DNA of 64,000 nucleotides from an uncultured Verrucomicrobiae bacterium (GTDB lineage Bacteria; Verrucomicrobiota; Verrucomicrobiia; Limisphaerales; UBA8199), in the NCBI GenBank assembly GCA_963809845.1, contig CAWELO010000013.1, positions 309,665 to 373,664 on the forward strand. The letters are read 5' to 3'. The notes beneath the pieces are model-generated. The model ran no database searches and was not told the DNA's origin. It saw nothing but the letters and a program-made list of their open reading frames with translations. Position numbers and translations under genes: made by a program. Shown here one piece after another: positions 54,556 through 63,574 of the stretch (position 1 is its first letter; each line of letters starts with the position of its first letter).

Positions 54556-55125
54556 ATGAAAAACGCGTTCCATCATCACCTATGCATCGTCTTCCTGGTT
54601 TGCATATTGCCCATGACCCTAATGGCTGCCACTCCTCCTAAAGTGGGTGACAAAGCGCCGGATTTCACGCTCAACACCCTGGACCGTCAGAGTGTGCGCT
54701 TGAGTGACGTAACGCCCAAGGGCAAAACTGTTCTTATTGTCTTGCGTGGATGGCCCGGCTACCAGTGCCCTTTCTGCACGCAACAGGTCCAAGACTACAT
54801 CAAATCGGAATCTGAATTCGCGGGAAGCCATGCGCGAGTCCTGATGGTTTACCCCGGACCGGCGGATACCCTAATAGCGCACGCCAAAGAATTCCTCAAC
54901 AACAAGGATTGGCCCAAGGATTTCACCTTCGTCATCGATCCAGCGTTTAACATGGTTAACGCTTACGGTTTGCGCTGGGACGCACCAAACGAAACGTCTT
55001 ACCCCTCCACTTTCATTTTGGATCAAAAAGGAATCGTTCGCTTTGCGAAAATCAGTCATAGCCACAGTGATCGAACAAAAGCGGCCGCCATCGTTGATGA
55101 ACTCGATTGCATGCACGATGAATGA
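54556..55125 (+). CDS. secreted AhpC/TSA peroxiredoxin-like protein
   Basis: signal peptide, VGDKAPDFTL, RGWPGYQCPFC, YPSTFILD. Confidence 0.85.
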   Translation: MKNAFHHHLCIVFLVCILPMTLMAATPPKVGDKAPDFTLNTLDRQSVRLSDVTPKGKTVLIVLRGWPGYQCPFCTQQVQDYIKSESEFAGSHARVLMVYPGPADTLIAHAKEFLNNKDWPKDFTFVIDPAFNMVNAYGLRWDAPNETSYPSTFILDQKGIVRFAKISHSHSDRTKAAAIVDELDCMHDE

Positions 55126-55180
55126 ACGAGAGGAAATGATCATACTTCGACCTGAAACTGAGGACAGAATAGCACAAAAC

Positions 55181-55342
55181 ACTCGGCATTGAGCTTGCCG
55201 GACGGCGAATCCGCGTCAACGTTATCAGCCCCGGCCCGGTCACCACGCCCATCCTTGGAAAAATGGGAATGCCCAAGGAGATGGTCGACCCGATGGCGGC
55301 GGGGATTGTCCAGCAAGTGCCGCTCAAACGTTTCGGCGAAGC
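55181..55342 (+). pseudogene. SDR C-terminal fragment
   Basis: LGIELAGRRIRVNVISPGPVTTPILGK...VPLKRFGE without an N-terminus. Confidence 0.75.
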
Positions 55343-55373
55343 AGTCATAAAAGGGATAAAAGGGGTCAACCCA

Positions 55374-56065
55374 GAATGGCGCTTAAATAGCGCGCAAAAC
55401 ATTTTTGTTCAAGGGCTTGCGTCGGTGCGTATCGGGTAAGGAGTCGAAGAGTATCCTGCGGGATAGGTTCTCCATTTTGATCAGGGTTCTGGCTAACCGA
55501 CGCCGATTCTCTATCGCCTTTCCAATCCCTTGGAACTGCTCCGGGCTCAGTGCGACGGTGACCGTTTTTTGGGCCACCTTTCTGGTCCATTGGTAGCCTG
55601 AACGGGGGTGGCGCAAGGGGATTCCCGCGCTGATGCGCCTGCACCACGCGCGCAGCGCCGATTTGCGTCGCGGCAAACGTTTGGGCAAAAACGACCGGCT
55701 AATCGTCTGGCGCAAGCCGCAAAATTGCGAGCGCCGGTATCTACCCCTGAGGCTGTGGAAGTGTCTGGGTCCCGAGTTATCCGTACGGATTTTGCGCTAT
55801 ACGCTGCGACGTCGGGGTTTCCGGACTCGCTCGGTGACGCTGGTTACCACGCTGCTGGATCCGGAGCGTTACCCGGCCGAGCAACTCGCTCTGCTCTATG
55901 CCAGGCGCTGGCAAATCGAGCTGTGGTTTCGCGATATCAAAACCTCCATGGGCATGGAGGTGCTGCGTTGCCAGAGCCCGAAAATGATCCACAAAGAATT
56001 GGAAATGTTTTTCATCGCCTACAATCTGATCCGCTGTTTGATGATCCAGGCCAGCCGAGCCCAGG
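55374..56065 (+). mobile_element. IS4-family remnant with internal deletion (end GAATGGCGCTTA, opposite-strand accessory ORF fragment, DDE transposase fragment)
   Basis: 55383-55616(-) RHPRSGYQWTRKVAQKTVTVALS...; 55612-56060(+) GFRTRSVTLVTTLLD...LYARRWQIELWFRDIK (IS4 Y-2-R-3-E-6-K) ...AYNLIR. Confidence 0.85.
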
Positions 56066-56354
56066 AGGAGGATATCCGTGGAGCGGCTTTCCACTGCATT
56101 TGGCCGCGCGCGAGGATCGAGGCCCCAGCGGTGGGGGTGATGCTGGGGGGCGATGCCTGGGTTGCGAAAGGCCAGGACTCGACCGTGTGAGAGGTTCAGA
56201 TGCCGCCCGCACCCTCTCTACCAAGACAACAACCTGACTCACGCCGCCTACGCCCACCACCGCGACATCACCAACACCTGCCACGTGCCCACCCGCGCGG
56301 CGTGCCCATCCACGCATGCGCCAAAAAGCGAATTCCCATGAGCAATTCAGGCAA

Positions 56355-57284
56355 TTAGTTCTTGGACGGCAGAAAGTCCGCGGGGGCATAGGATTGGTTG
56401 ACCGAGATCTCGTTGTGAGTCTGGGTGTAGAGAACGCCTTCTTTGAAGCCGGCTTTGACGGTGGTTTGCACTTGCTTCATCATTTCTCTCATCTTCGGCC
56501 GCAAGGCGGCGATGGCTTCCGGCGTGACCGGTTGGTTTTGCATTTCCAAGGTCTTTTTCGCCGCCTGGTCGATGACTTCGTCGTTTGCGGAAAGGTCTTG
56601 AGTCACTTTCTCGAAGTATCGGTCACTGGTTTTGTGAATGAGAAAATCATTCTTGCCGATCCAAAGCTTGGTCGAGACCGTGCCGGGTTTCCCGGCCTCG
56701 GGGGTTTTGGACAAATCCGCTTCGGCGGCGATGACATAGCAGTCCACGTCGCCGACTTTCTCGTCCTTCTCCTTTGTCATTGGGAACTTCCCGGCGATGG
56801 CGGGATAGACGAACGGATCGCCCAAATTCCGGCCAAAGAACGCACTGGGAATGGTGGTGGTGATGGACATGGAGAAACCGCTCGCCGCGCCGAGCGCGTC
56901 TTTCGTGCCGGGCATTTTCTTCCTGGCAACCGGGCCGTTGCCGACCCACGAAGTGGTCTGGTAAAAATCACCGTCGCCATCGGACCACGCCATGCCGTTA
57001 TCAGCCGGCAGGCCGGGCATGAGGCCCTTTTTCTGGGTCCAATTGATCCGATAGAGACTTGGGCGCTGGAGCCGGGTGTTGAATTCGAGCGAAATCGTTT
57101 GACCTGACATTACCGTGACCACTGTCCCGCTGTCGCTATAGCTGGAAAGAGCGGCATAGGCGGCGCGGGTTTTTTGCATGATTTCGCCGGCGTCCGGTTC
57201 TTCCGCGGCCAAAGCGCCGGGGGCGAGCAGTGTCAAGGCGAGGGTTGCCGTCTGTATCAAACTTGGTGTTTTCATCGTGTTCAT
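56355..57284 (-). CDS. secreted LolA-fold-like (DUF2092-like) protein
   Basis: signal peptide; EIMQK...AYAALSSYSD.G, RP..YRI.W, WSDG, KLWIGKNDFLI; strong GGAGG RBS. Confidence 0.7.
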   Translation of the reverse strand: MNTMKTPSLIQTATLALTLLAPGALAAEEPDAGEIMQKTRAAYAALSSYSDSGTVVTVMSGQTISLEFNTRLQRPSLYRINWTQKKGLMPGLPADNGMAWSDGDGDFYQTTSWVGNGPVARKKMPGTKDALGAASGFSMSITTTIPSAFFGRNLGDPFVYPAIAGKFPMTKEKDEKVGDVDCYVIAAEADLSKTPEAGKPGTVSTKLWIGKNDFLIHKTSDRYFEKVTQDLSANDEVIDQAAKKTLEMQNQPVTPEAIAALRPKMREMMKQVQTTVKAGFKEGVLYTQTHNEISVNQSYAPADFLPSKN

Positions 57285-57300
57285 AGTTCCTTTCCTCCTC

Positions 57301-57328
57301 TCTTAGGACAAAACGGCGAAAGGTAACG
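57301..57328 (-). promoter_or_regulatory. putative ECF-dependent promoter
   Basis: minus strand CGTTACC-N14-CCTAAGA, same as 60309-60336. Confidence 0.65.
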
Positions 57329-57334
57329 CGCATT

Positions 57335-60301
57335 TCAGCGGGGGACAGGCCAGGTGCCGGCGAGGCGGTCGGCCAGGCCGCGTTCGGGCAAAGCCACGGA
57401 GACGGCGGTGAGGACGCAAATGGCCGCCAGCGAAAACAGCGTAACCGTGGACACGCTAAACAGTCCCTTGCAGGCCAACGCGACAAGGAACGGAGACCAA
57501 GTCAGCAGCGCGCGCCAGAAAACCCGAAGACGCGATGCGGGCGCGCCGTCCTTGCGGACAAACGTTACCCCGGCGATCAGCAGGACCAGCCCGCCGCGAA
57601 AGAGCAAAGCGGCGACAATGGCTGGAAGGCAGACATAAATCGCGAGCGCGCCGGCTGCCATAAGGAATGGTTCCGCTGGCTGCTTCAAGAAGTTGAACAT
57701 GTGCGAATCCGGCAGATACTTCTTCAGGGCCGACTCCGCGTCCGTTAATTCCGCCGCCGAGGGCGCGGGGCCTTCGGCCACGCTGCTCTCGGCGAATTTG
57801 CGGTCGTCGCCCTTGATCAGCATCAATGTATAGGCGCCCGTCCACACGGCATCATTCGTTATGACCGGCCGGTAGTGGCTGGCGAGGTAGATGGAAAACT
57901 GGCGGTCGGTGGGATGGGGACGCGCTTTCATCAAGCGGGAATTCAGCATCGCGTGCTGCGCCAGTATTTGGCTCAGGTCCATGATCCCGGGATTCTGCTG
58001 GTTCCACTGCTCCATCATCCTGGCGCCGAGAATGAAGCTGATGCCCATGAAGAAGGGCGCGGCAGCGCAACCGGCGACGATGGCCGCGCGCCGCCAGCGC
58101 GTCACCGCCGGGACGCGCCGCAACAGAGGTTTCAACTCCTTGATGACGGAGTCGGCGCCGGGGAGAGCCGGCAGGTGTTCGAGGAATCTCCGGGCATGGA
58201 CGGGCATGGGAACGCGGGTGCTTCCGCCGGCGGCGGCGGCTTGACTCAGGAATTGGCCACAGGATTGGGCCGCTTCGGGGGGAGCGGTTGCGCCGCCAGC
58301 GCCGGGGGCGGGGAAGTCAAGCAGTTTGGCCCGGCCATCATCGGTTATCCAGATGTGATCCAGGGTCAGACTTTCCGGCAGGGTGCCGTCATTCGAGGCC
58401 GCGCTGATTTCTTTGGCAAGATCATAAAGCCAATAGCGCGCCCGCGCCCAGCTTGGGCGGGTTGGAGCAAGGTTCACCAGCGGGCTGCCGGTGGGGGCTT
58501 CGAAGGCGTCCCAGTTTGCTTCCGGAGAGCGCTGTCCGGCGAGCCAGCGAAGCCGGCCAACGCGGCCCAACCTTCGCAACGCGGCGGGCACCGGCGGTGT
58601 GCCGGGCGGCACCATGCGAATCCAGACCTTGCGCAGCAGGCGCAGGTCGTAGCCCAGCAGCCACTCGGCGGCGCCGGTCTTTTCCAAAGTTTCGAGCACT
58701 TGATACGGACCGGCGGTGCGACGGCTTTGCGAAGCCAGAGGCTGAATTTCAGGCAGGGCGGTAAGGGGACGCGATTCGAGCACCGAGCGCGAGACGACCC
58801 GAGTTTTGGTGATGAAGTCCTGCAAGGCGGCAAAACCGTTGCGGCGGCGCGCTCCGCAGAAAAGCAGGGCCAGGACGACGTACATCGACCCGCCCATGAC
58901 GAGTTGCATCGCGTAAGCAGACTGCACATACAATCGTGGATTGATCAGGTTAACCATCCAAAACGGCAACAGCGGCAGCAGGACATAAATCGCCGCCCTC
59001 GCCAACGCGCGGCCGAAGCCGGGTGCGCTTCGATTGGGACCGGTGAGGCGCAGGCCGCAAACGGCTTTGCCGAGCGCCGCGCCCCAATGGCCTTCGAGCA
59101 CGCCAAAGTAAATGATTTGGCCGGCTAACATGGGAAGAACCATCGGCAGCGCTTTGAGCGAAGCTTTGCCGGCCACATTCAGAAAATCGATCGGGCTTGT
59201 CCCCGCCAGGGCCACCATCAGGGTCGAAATGGCGCCAACGAAGACTTGATCGATCAAGCCCGCGACAAAGCGCAATCCAAGCGAGGCAGGGGTGGGGGCG
59301 GCGCTGGCGTATGGCCCCAGTGCTTGACGGAGTTCCTGGCAGTTTTGGAACCGGTCGCCGGGCTGTTTTTCCAGACAGCGCAAGACCGCTTTGGCCAGGC
59401 CTTTGGGAATGGCGGGCCGGAATTTTGCCGGCGAGGGCGGTTTTTGTTCGAGCACGGTGGCCAGCAGCTTCACCGGGTCCCTGGCCTCGAACGGCGTCCG
59501 GCCGGTGAGAATGTAGAAAAGCGTTGCACCGACCGAATACATATCCGAGCGGACGTTCAGCTCGTCGCCGCGGAGCTGTTCGGGCGAACAAAAGGCCGGG
59601 GTGCCGATAAAGTTGCCGGCGGCGGTAATGGCCGGCTCGGTGCGGATGGTTGTGGAAATGGAAAGGCCGAAATCGCCGATTTTGACCGCGTTGTCGGAGT
59701 CCACGAAGCAGTTGGAGGGTTTGATGTCGCGGTGCAAAATGCCCACACCATGGGCCGCCTCGAGGCCAGCGATGATTTGGAGGATGCAGTCCACCGCTTC
59801 GGCGGCGCCCAAAGGCCCATGCTGGCGCACGCGTTCCTGAAGGGTGCCGCCTGGAACCAGTTCCATGGCGATGGCTGGAATGCCGCCGATTTCCTCCGTG
59901 CCGAAAACATAGACGCTGTTGGGATGATTGATCGAGGCGGCGAGGCGGCCTTCGCGGAAAAAGCGCTGGCGGGCTTCGGGTGAATCCAGCTTCTCGCTCA
60001 AGACTTTGAGGGCAACGCGGCGGCCGGTGTCGATGTCTTCAGCATCAAAGACCGCGCCCATCCCGCCTTCGCCAAGCAGGTGCATGATGCGATAATGGCC
60101 GAGTTGTTCGCCGGGCTTGGGCATGGCGCGCGAATGCGACGGAGCGGGCGAACCGGCGGCGGTCAGTGCGCGGGTCTCGCCAGGCTGGGTGCCGAGCGCC
60201 GCTTGCAGGAGGCATTTCGGGCAGAGGTCCTGTGCCAGCCCCGGGGGCAGTTCCGCGCCGCAGCGAGGACATTTGTGCGAAAGAGAACGGATATCGCTCA
60301 T
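57335..60301 (-). CDS. membrane Ser/Thr protein kinase with N-terminal Zn ribbon, RDD domain(s) and degenerate second kinase-like domain
   Basis: CPRC..CPKC; LGEGGMGAV, VALK, HRDIKPSN, DFG, GTPAFCSPE; RFVAGLID...ALQD RDD pattern; ends RGLADRLAGT. Confidence 0.92.
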   Translation of the reverse strand: MSDIRSLSHKCPRCGAELPPGLAQDLCPKCLLQAALGTQPGETRALTAAGSPAPSHSRAMPKPGEQLGHYRIMHLLGEGGMGAVFDAEDIDTGRRVALKVLSEKLDSPEARQRFFREGRLAASINHPNSVYVFGTEEIGGIPAIAMELVPGGTLQERVRQHGPLGAAEAVDCILQIIAGLEAAHGVGILHRDIKPSNCFVDSDNAVKIGDFGLSISTTIRTEPAITAAGNFIGTPAFCSPEQLRGDELNVRSDMYSVGATLFYILTGRTPFEARDPVKLLATVLEQKPPSPAKFRPAIPKGLAKAVLRCLEKQPGDRFQNCQELRQALGPYASAAPTPASLGLRFVAGLIDQVFVGAISTLMVALAGTSPIDFLNVAGKASLKALPMVLPMLAGQIIYFGVLEGHWGAALGKAVCGLRLTGPNRSAPGFGRALARAAIYVLLPLLPFWMVNLINPRLYVQSAYAMQLVMGGSMYVVLALLFCGARRRNGFAALQDFITKTRVVSRSVLESRPLTALPEIQPLASQSRRTAGPYQVLETLEKTGAAEWLLGYDLRLLRKVWIRMVPPGTPPVPAALRRLGRVGRLRWLAGQRSPEANWDAFEAPTGSPLVNLAPTRPSWARARYWLYDLAKEISAASNDGTLPESLTLDHIWITDDGRAKLLDFPAPGAGGATAPPEAAQSCGQFLSQAAAAGGSTRVPMPVHARRFLEHLPALPGADSVIKELKPLLRRVPAVTRWRRAAIVAGCAAAPFFMGISFILGARMMEQWNQQNPGIMDLSQILAQHAMLNSRLMKARPHPTDRQFSIYLASHYRPVITNDAVWTGAYTLMLIKGDDRKFAESSVAEGPAPSAAELTDAESALKKYLPDSHMFNFLKQPAEPFLMAAGALAIYVCLPAIVAALLFRGGLVLLIAGVTFVRKDGAPASRLRVFWRALLTWSPFLVALACKGLFSVSTVTLFSLAAICVLTAVSVALPERGLADRLAGTWPVPR

Positions 60302-60308
60302 CGTTCTT

Positions 60309-60336
60309 TCTTAGGCAGAACGGGGCGAAGGTAACG
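60309..60336 (-). promoter_or_regulatory. putative ECF-dependent promoter (kinase gene, near-leaderless)
   Basis: minus strand CGTTACC-N14-CCTAAGA, 7 nt before the kinase ATG. Confidence 0.65.
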
Positions 60337-60344
60337 GGTGAGGT

Positions 60345-61085
60345 TCACGATTCGAACGTGGAAAAAAGGTGGCGGATCTCCTCCTGCACTTCGCTCGGCG
60401 AAGAAACGGTTTGGGCGATTTCGCCGTGGAGGATTTCGCGATAGCGCACGCGGAGACGGTGGACGGCCATCTTGACGGCGGCTTCGGTGAGGTTCAATTC
60501 GGCGGCGATTTGGGCGTAAGGCAGGGCCGATTCGTCGCGGGCAAGACAATGGCGAAGGCGCTCGAAGAGCCGGACGCGGCCGGAGTTGAGATACTCTTCC
60601 TGAAGGCGGGCCATGACGCGCTCAAGGAGGGTCACGGCCCATTGGCGGTCGAAAAGGACGTCGGGTTGCAGGCGGTGCGCGGGTTCGGCGGCGAAACGTG
60701 ATTCGGCCAGGTCCTGGTCGATGGGGACAATGGTGGCAAACCCGCCTCGTTTTTGGGCGTGCTGGCGGTCCCATTCGTCGGCGAGAAAGCGCTTGAAAGC
60801 GGTGAGCAGAAAGGTGCGGAAGCGGCCCTTTTCGCGCGCGGCAGCTTTGAGGTAATCCTTTTTGAGCAGGCGGGCGAAAAACTCCTGGGTGAGGTCCTGG
60901 GCGTCATGGGACCGCTGGCCTTGGCGGCGCGCGAAGGCGTATAAAGGATACCAGTAAGCGCGGCACAAGGCTTCGAGTGCTTCGAGTGAAGCGGGGGAGT
61001 CCTTGTCCCGGGCCGAGAGCACAAGCGACCAGTGAGTGGTGACAAAAACAGCTTCTCGATTGGTGCCGCTGGGATCAGTGCTCAC
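60345..61085 (-). CDS. ECF sigma-70 factor (PVC type, kinase-associated)
   Basis: FVTTHWSLV, LCRAYWYPLYAFARR, DAQDLTQEFF, GRFRTFL, KRGG, YAQIAAEL...AVKMAVHRLR; start taken at GTG 61085. Confidence 0.92.
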   Translation of the reverse strand: MSTDPSGTNREAVFVTTHWSLVLSARDKDSPASLEALEALCRAYWYPLYAFARRQGQRSHDAQDLTQEFFARLLKKDYLKAAAREKGRFRTFLLTAFKRFLADEWDRQHAQKRGGFATIVPIDQDLAESRFAAEPAHRLQPDVLFDRQWAVTLLERVMARLQEEYLNSGRVRLFERLRHCLARDESALPYAQIAAELNLTEAAVKMAVHRLRVRYREILHGEIAQTVSSPSEVQEEIRHLFSTFES

Positions 61086-61149
61086 GCGGGCAGCTTTGCA
61101 GAAGGCCCGCCGCACGGCAAGGCCCCCGGGGTTTTGCTTATGTCGCGGT

Positions 61150-61204
61150 GCGAGCAAAACCGGACGGCTGTAGCGAGCAAAACCGGACGTGCGAGCAAAA
61201 GCGG
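61150..61204 (+). repeat. three direct repeats GCGAGCAAAA(C/G)CGG
   Basis: copies at 61150, 61173, 61191; partial inverted copy GGTTTTGCT near 61130. Confidence 0.75.
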
Positions 61205-61508
61205 CCTTCTTCCTGGCCCTCTTGTCCTGAGGTTGAAGGCTGAGCTGCTTGAGGCGCTCCAGCGGAGGATAGCGCAACGCCGGGATGCGGCCTGGCTCCA
61301 CCGACCATGCGGACCACCACGACGCAGTCGGCCTGGACAACCCGCGCCCGCGTGATCTGCGGGTATTGGGGTTGCGTGAACCATTCGCTGGCAACTTGCG
61401 CTCCGCCGCCTTGGCACCTGTTTTGTGATTCAGCGTAATGCTAGTGGACGAAGCACCTTGGTTGCGCGTCCGCCAGCCTTGATGCCATCCATCCGTCGGG
61501 CACAGGCT

Positions 61509-63011
61509 TTACCACTGCCGGAGTCGGTAATACGATTGGGGACGGTTGGTGAGTGAGCCCAAATCACTGAAAAACAGGTCAGGCAGTATGGGACTCAACG
61601 ACTGAAAAGGACCGGTCGCCGTTTCGGCACGTTCGACCTGGAAGACGCGGCCTTGGCCTTGCCACGTCAGGCTGGCGCTGGCCGAGGCGCCGTCGCGCGC
61701 GACAGCAAGCAGCGGAGCCGGCGCGAACGGCGTGGCGTCAGTCACCACGTAAAGGGCATCGAGCCCAAAGTCCGCCAGGGTCTCCTTCGGCGCGAAGGCG
61801 TTCAGCAGTTCCAAGTTACGGAATACGATGTAGCCCTGGTCGCTGAGCAAATCGCCGCCCAGCACGGAGCCGAGCACCTGATCCTGGAAGCCGGTTTCCG
61901 TCGAGAACCAGATTTCGCCGCTGGGCCAGACGTAGAGCGCATCGAGGCCGTAGTCGTTAGTCGTGTCGGTGGGATGAAATCGGGCGAGCAAGTCCTGGTT
62001 GCGGCGCACGATCGTACCGGTGCTGGAGAGCAGGTCCCCGTGTTGGAGCGTGGCGTTCAGTGATTTGGAGAAGACATTCGTCCGGATCGAAAAAAGGATT
62101 TCGCCGGTGTCCCGGACATGCACGGCATCCAGGCCCACATCGTTCGTCGAAGGGTCGGTGATGAAGCTGGCGAGCAAGTCCTGGTTGCGGCGCACAATGC
62201 GACCTCTGTTCGAGAGCAGATCGCCCTGTTGGAGCAGACCGAGTGTGCCGCTGAAAATGTCGCTTCCAAGAGAAAAAACCATCTCGCCGCCGGGCAGCAT
62301 GTCCACGGCGTCCAGGCCGAGATCCGGGGCGGGGGGGAAGGCTCCAACCGAGGTGAACAGATCTGCATTACGTTTGACGACGCGGCCAGAGGTGGAGATC
62401 AAGTCGCCGCCCTGTACGTAATTCGAGGCGCTTTGTCCGGCGGTCGCGGTGAAGCCACTGACCGTCGAAAACCAGATATCACGCACGGGCGCGGCGGCAA
62501 TCCGCAGTGTATAGACCTGGGTGAAAGTCCCGTTCGTCTGGCCCGTGGTAATGTCGATCATGGGCCACAGCCGATTTAGAGTTCCCGTCGTGTTTGTGAA
62601 ATAGCAGACCTTGTTCGTGACGCCGTCATCAATCACCACCTGAAGGTCCAGGCGAACCGTTAATGCCACTTCGCCGCCGATTTCTAACGTGCCGCCACCC
62701 GTAACGCGGTAAGGCCGAGTTCCAGCACTGAACTGAATGTCCTCCACTGCGTAACGAGTGGAGATGGGATTCTCGTCGATCAGCCTGAGCCCGAAAGAAC
62801 CGCGCAACGGCACCTCGATGGCTGGCCGGTCGCAGAGCGGACAGTCGTCGAGCAAGAAACTGTCGGTGAGGAGCAAGTAGGTCCAGGGAGGATTGGTGCT
62901 CGGATTTTGGGCCCATGCCCTGCCGGGGCCGGGACCGAATAGCGCCAGTCCGGCCAGGAATGCACCCATCAGGGGCGAGGGCTGTTGGAACAAGTGACGC
63001 ATCGTCGTCAT
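61509..63011 (-). CDS. secreted repeat protein (GDLLS / GLDA repeats) with C-terminal beta module
   Basis: signal peptide, DCPLCD, four repeats .FS...GDL(L/I)S..G.(I/V)V.RN.DL...GLDA, ends QSYYRLRQW. Confidence 0.75.
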   Translation of the reverse strand: MTTMRHLFQQPSPLMGAFLAGLALFGPGPGRAWAQNPSTNPPWTYLLLTDSFLLDDCPLCDRPAIEVPLRGSFGLRLIDENPISTRYAVEDIQFSAGTRPYRVTGGGTLEIGGEVALTVRLDLQVVIDDGVTNKVCYFTNTTGTLNRLWPMIDITTGQTNGTFTQVYTLRIAAAPVRDIWFSTVSGFTATAGQSASNYVQGGDLISTSGRVVKRNADLFTSVGAFPPAPDLGLDAVDMLPGGEMVFSLGSDIFSGTLGLLQQGDLLSNRGRIVRRNQDLLASFITDPSTNDVGLDAVHVRDTGEILFSIRTNVFSKSLNATLQHGDLLSSTGTIVRRNQDLLARFHPTDTTNDYGLDALYVWPSGEIWFSTETGFQDQVLGSVLGGDLLSDQGYIVFRNLELLNAFAPKETLADFGLDALYVVTDATPFAPAPLLAVARDGASASASLTWQGQGRVFQVERAETATGPFQSLSPILPDLFFSDLGSLTNRPQSYYRLRQW

Positions 63012-63246
63012 TCAAGCGTAGCGAGTTCAAGATACTCCCCTGTTGAGCGGGTGCAATAGCGTCGTTCATGCAGGCGCGAGAGCTACTGCTGGGGGCAGAG
63101 TCCCCATCCGCAGCAGCAAAGGCCAGGTCCGTGAACGGGGTCGTCAATCATCATGTCATCTTGTGCTCGCTGACGCCGAGATACGGCTCGTGATGGCTTT
63201 CCTGCGCTCCACCTGCCGCCGCGGCGGGGGGTGATCCCTGAGTATG

Positions 63247-63346
63247 TCGCGAAGCGTTTGGAGTGCGGCTGGCTTGCCGCCGCTTTAGAGCGGGGCAAGC
63301 GGTCCAAAAGCGGCGGCAAGCCAGCCGCACTCCAAGCGCTTCGCGA
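63247..63346. repeat. REP doublet (long inverted repeat)
   Basis: 40-bp arms 63247-63286 / 63307-63346, one mismatch, 20-nt spacer. Confidence 0.9.
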
Positions 63347-63432
63347 GGATTCGGATCGGGAAGGGTGGTCCGCCGGCCGGACCCGCGCCGCGCAAAGGGT
63401 CTGAGCCCAGCCTCATTCGAGCATTTCTCAAA

Positions 63433-63461
63433 TTGACTTTAGCGAGCCGCACCCATTTAAT
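63433..63461 (+). promoter_or_regulatory. sigma70-type promoter
   Basis: TTGACT-N17-TTTAAT about 110 nt before the CAAX protease-like gene. Confidence 0.5.
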
Positions 63462-63574
63462 TTTGCGGGCGCCACAGGGCCTTTCCCGGCAGCGCGGTTC
63501 CCGACCCGCCGGGAACGACTGCGGCGCGCGGCGGACGGCACGCTTGCCCGGGACAGCCCCACAGAAGCCCATCG

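Noticed and set aside
61086..61394. N-terminal extension of the ECF ORF in the ORF track
   Set aside because: Arg/Ala-rich, runs through the repeat cluster; recognisable ECF sequence begins near GTG 61085
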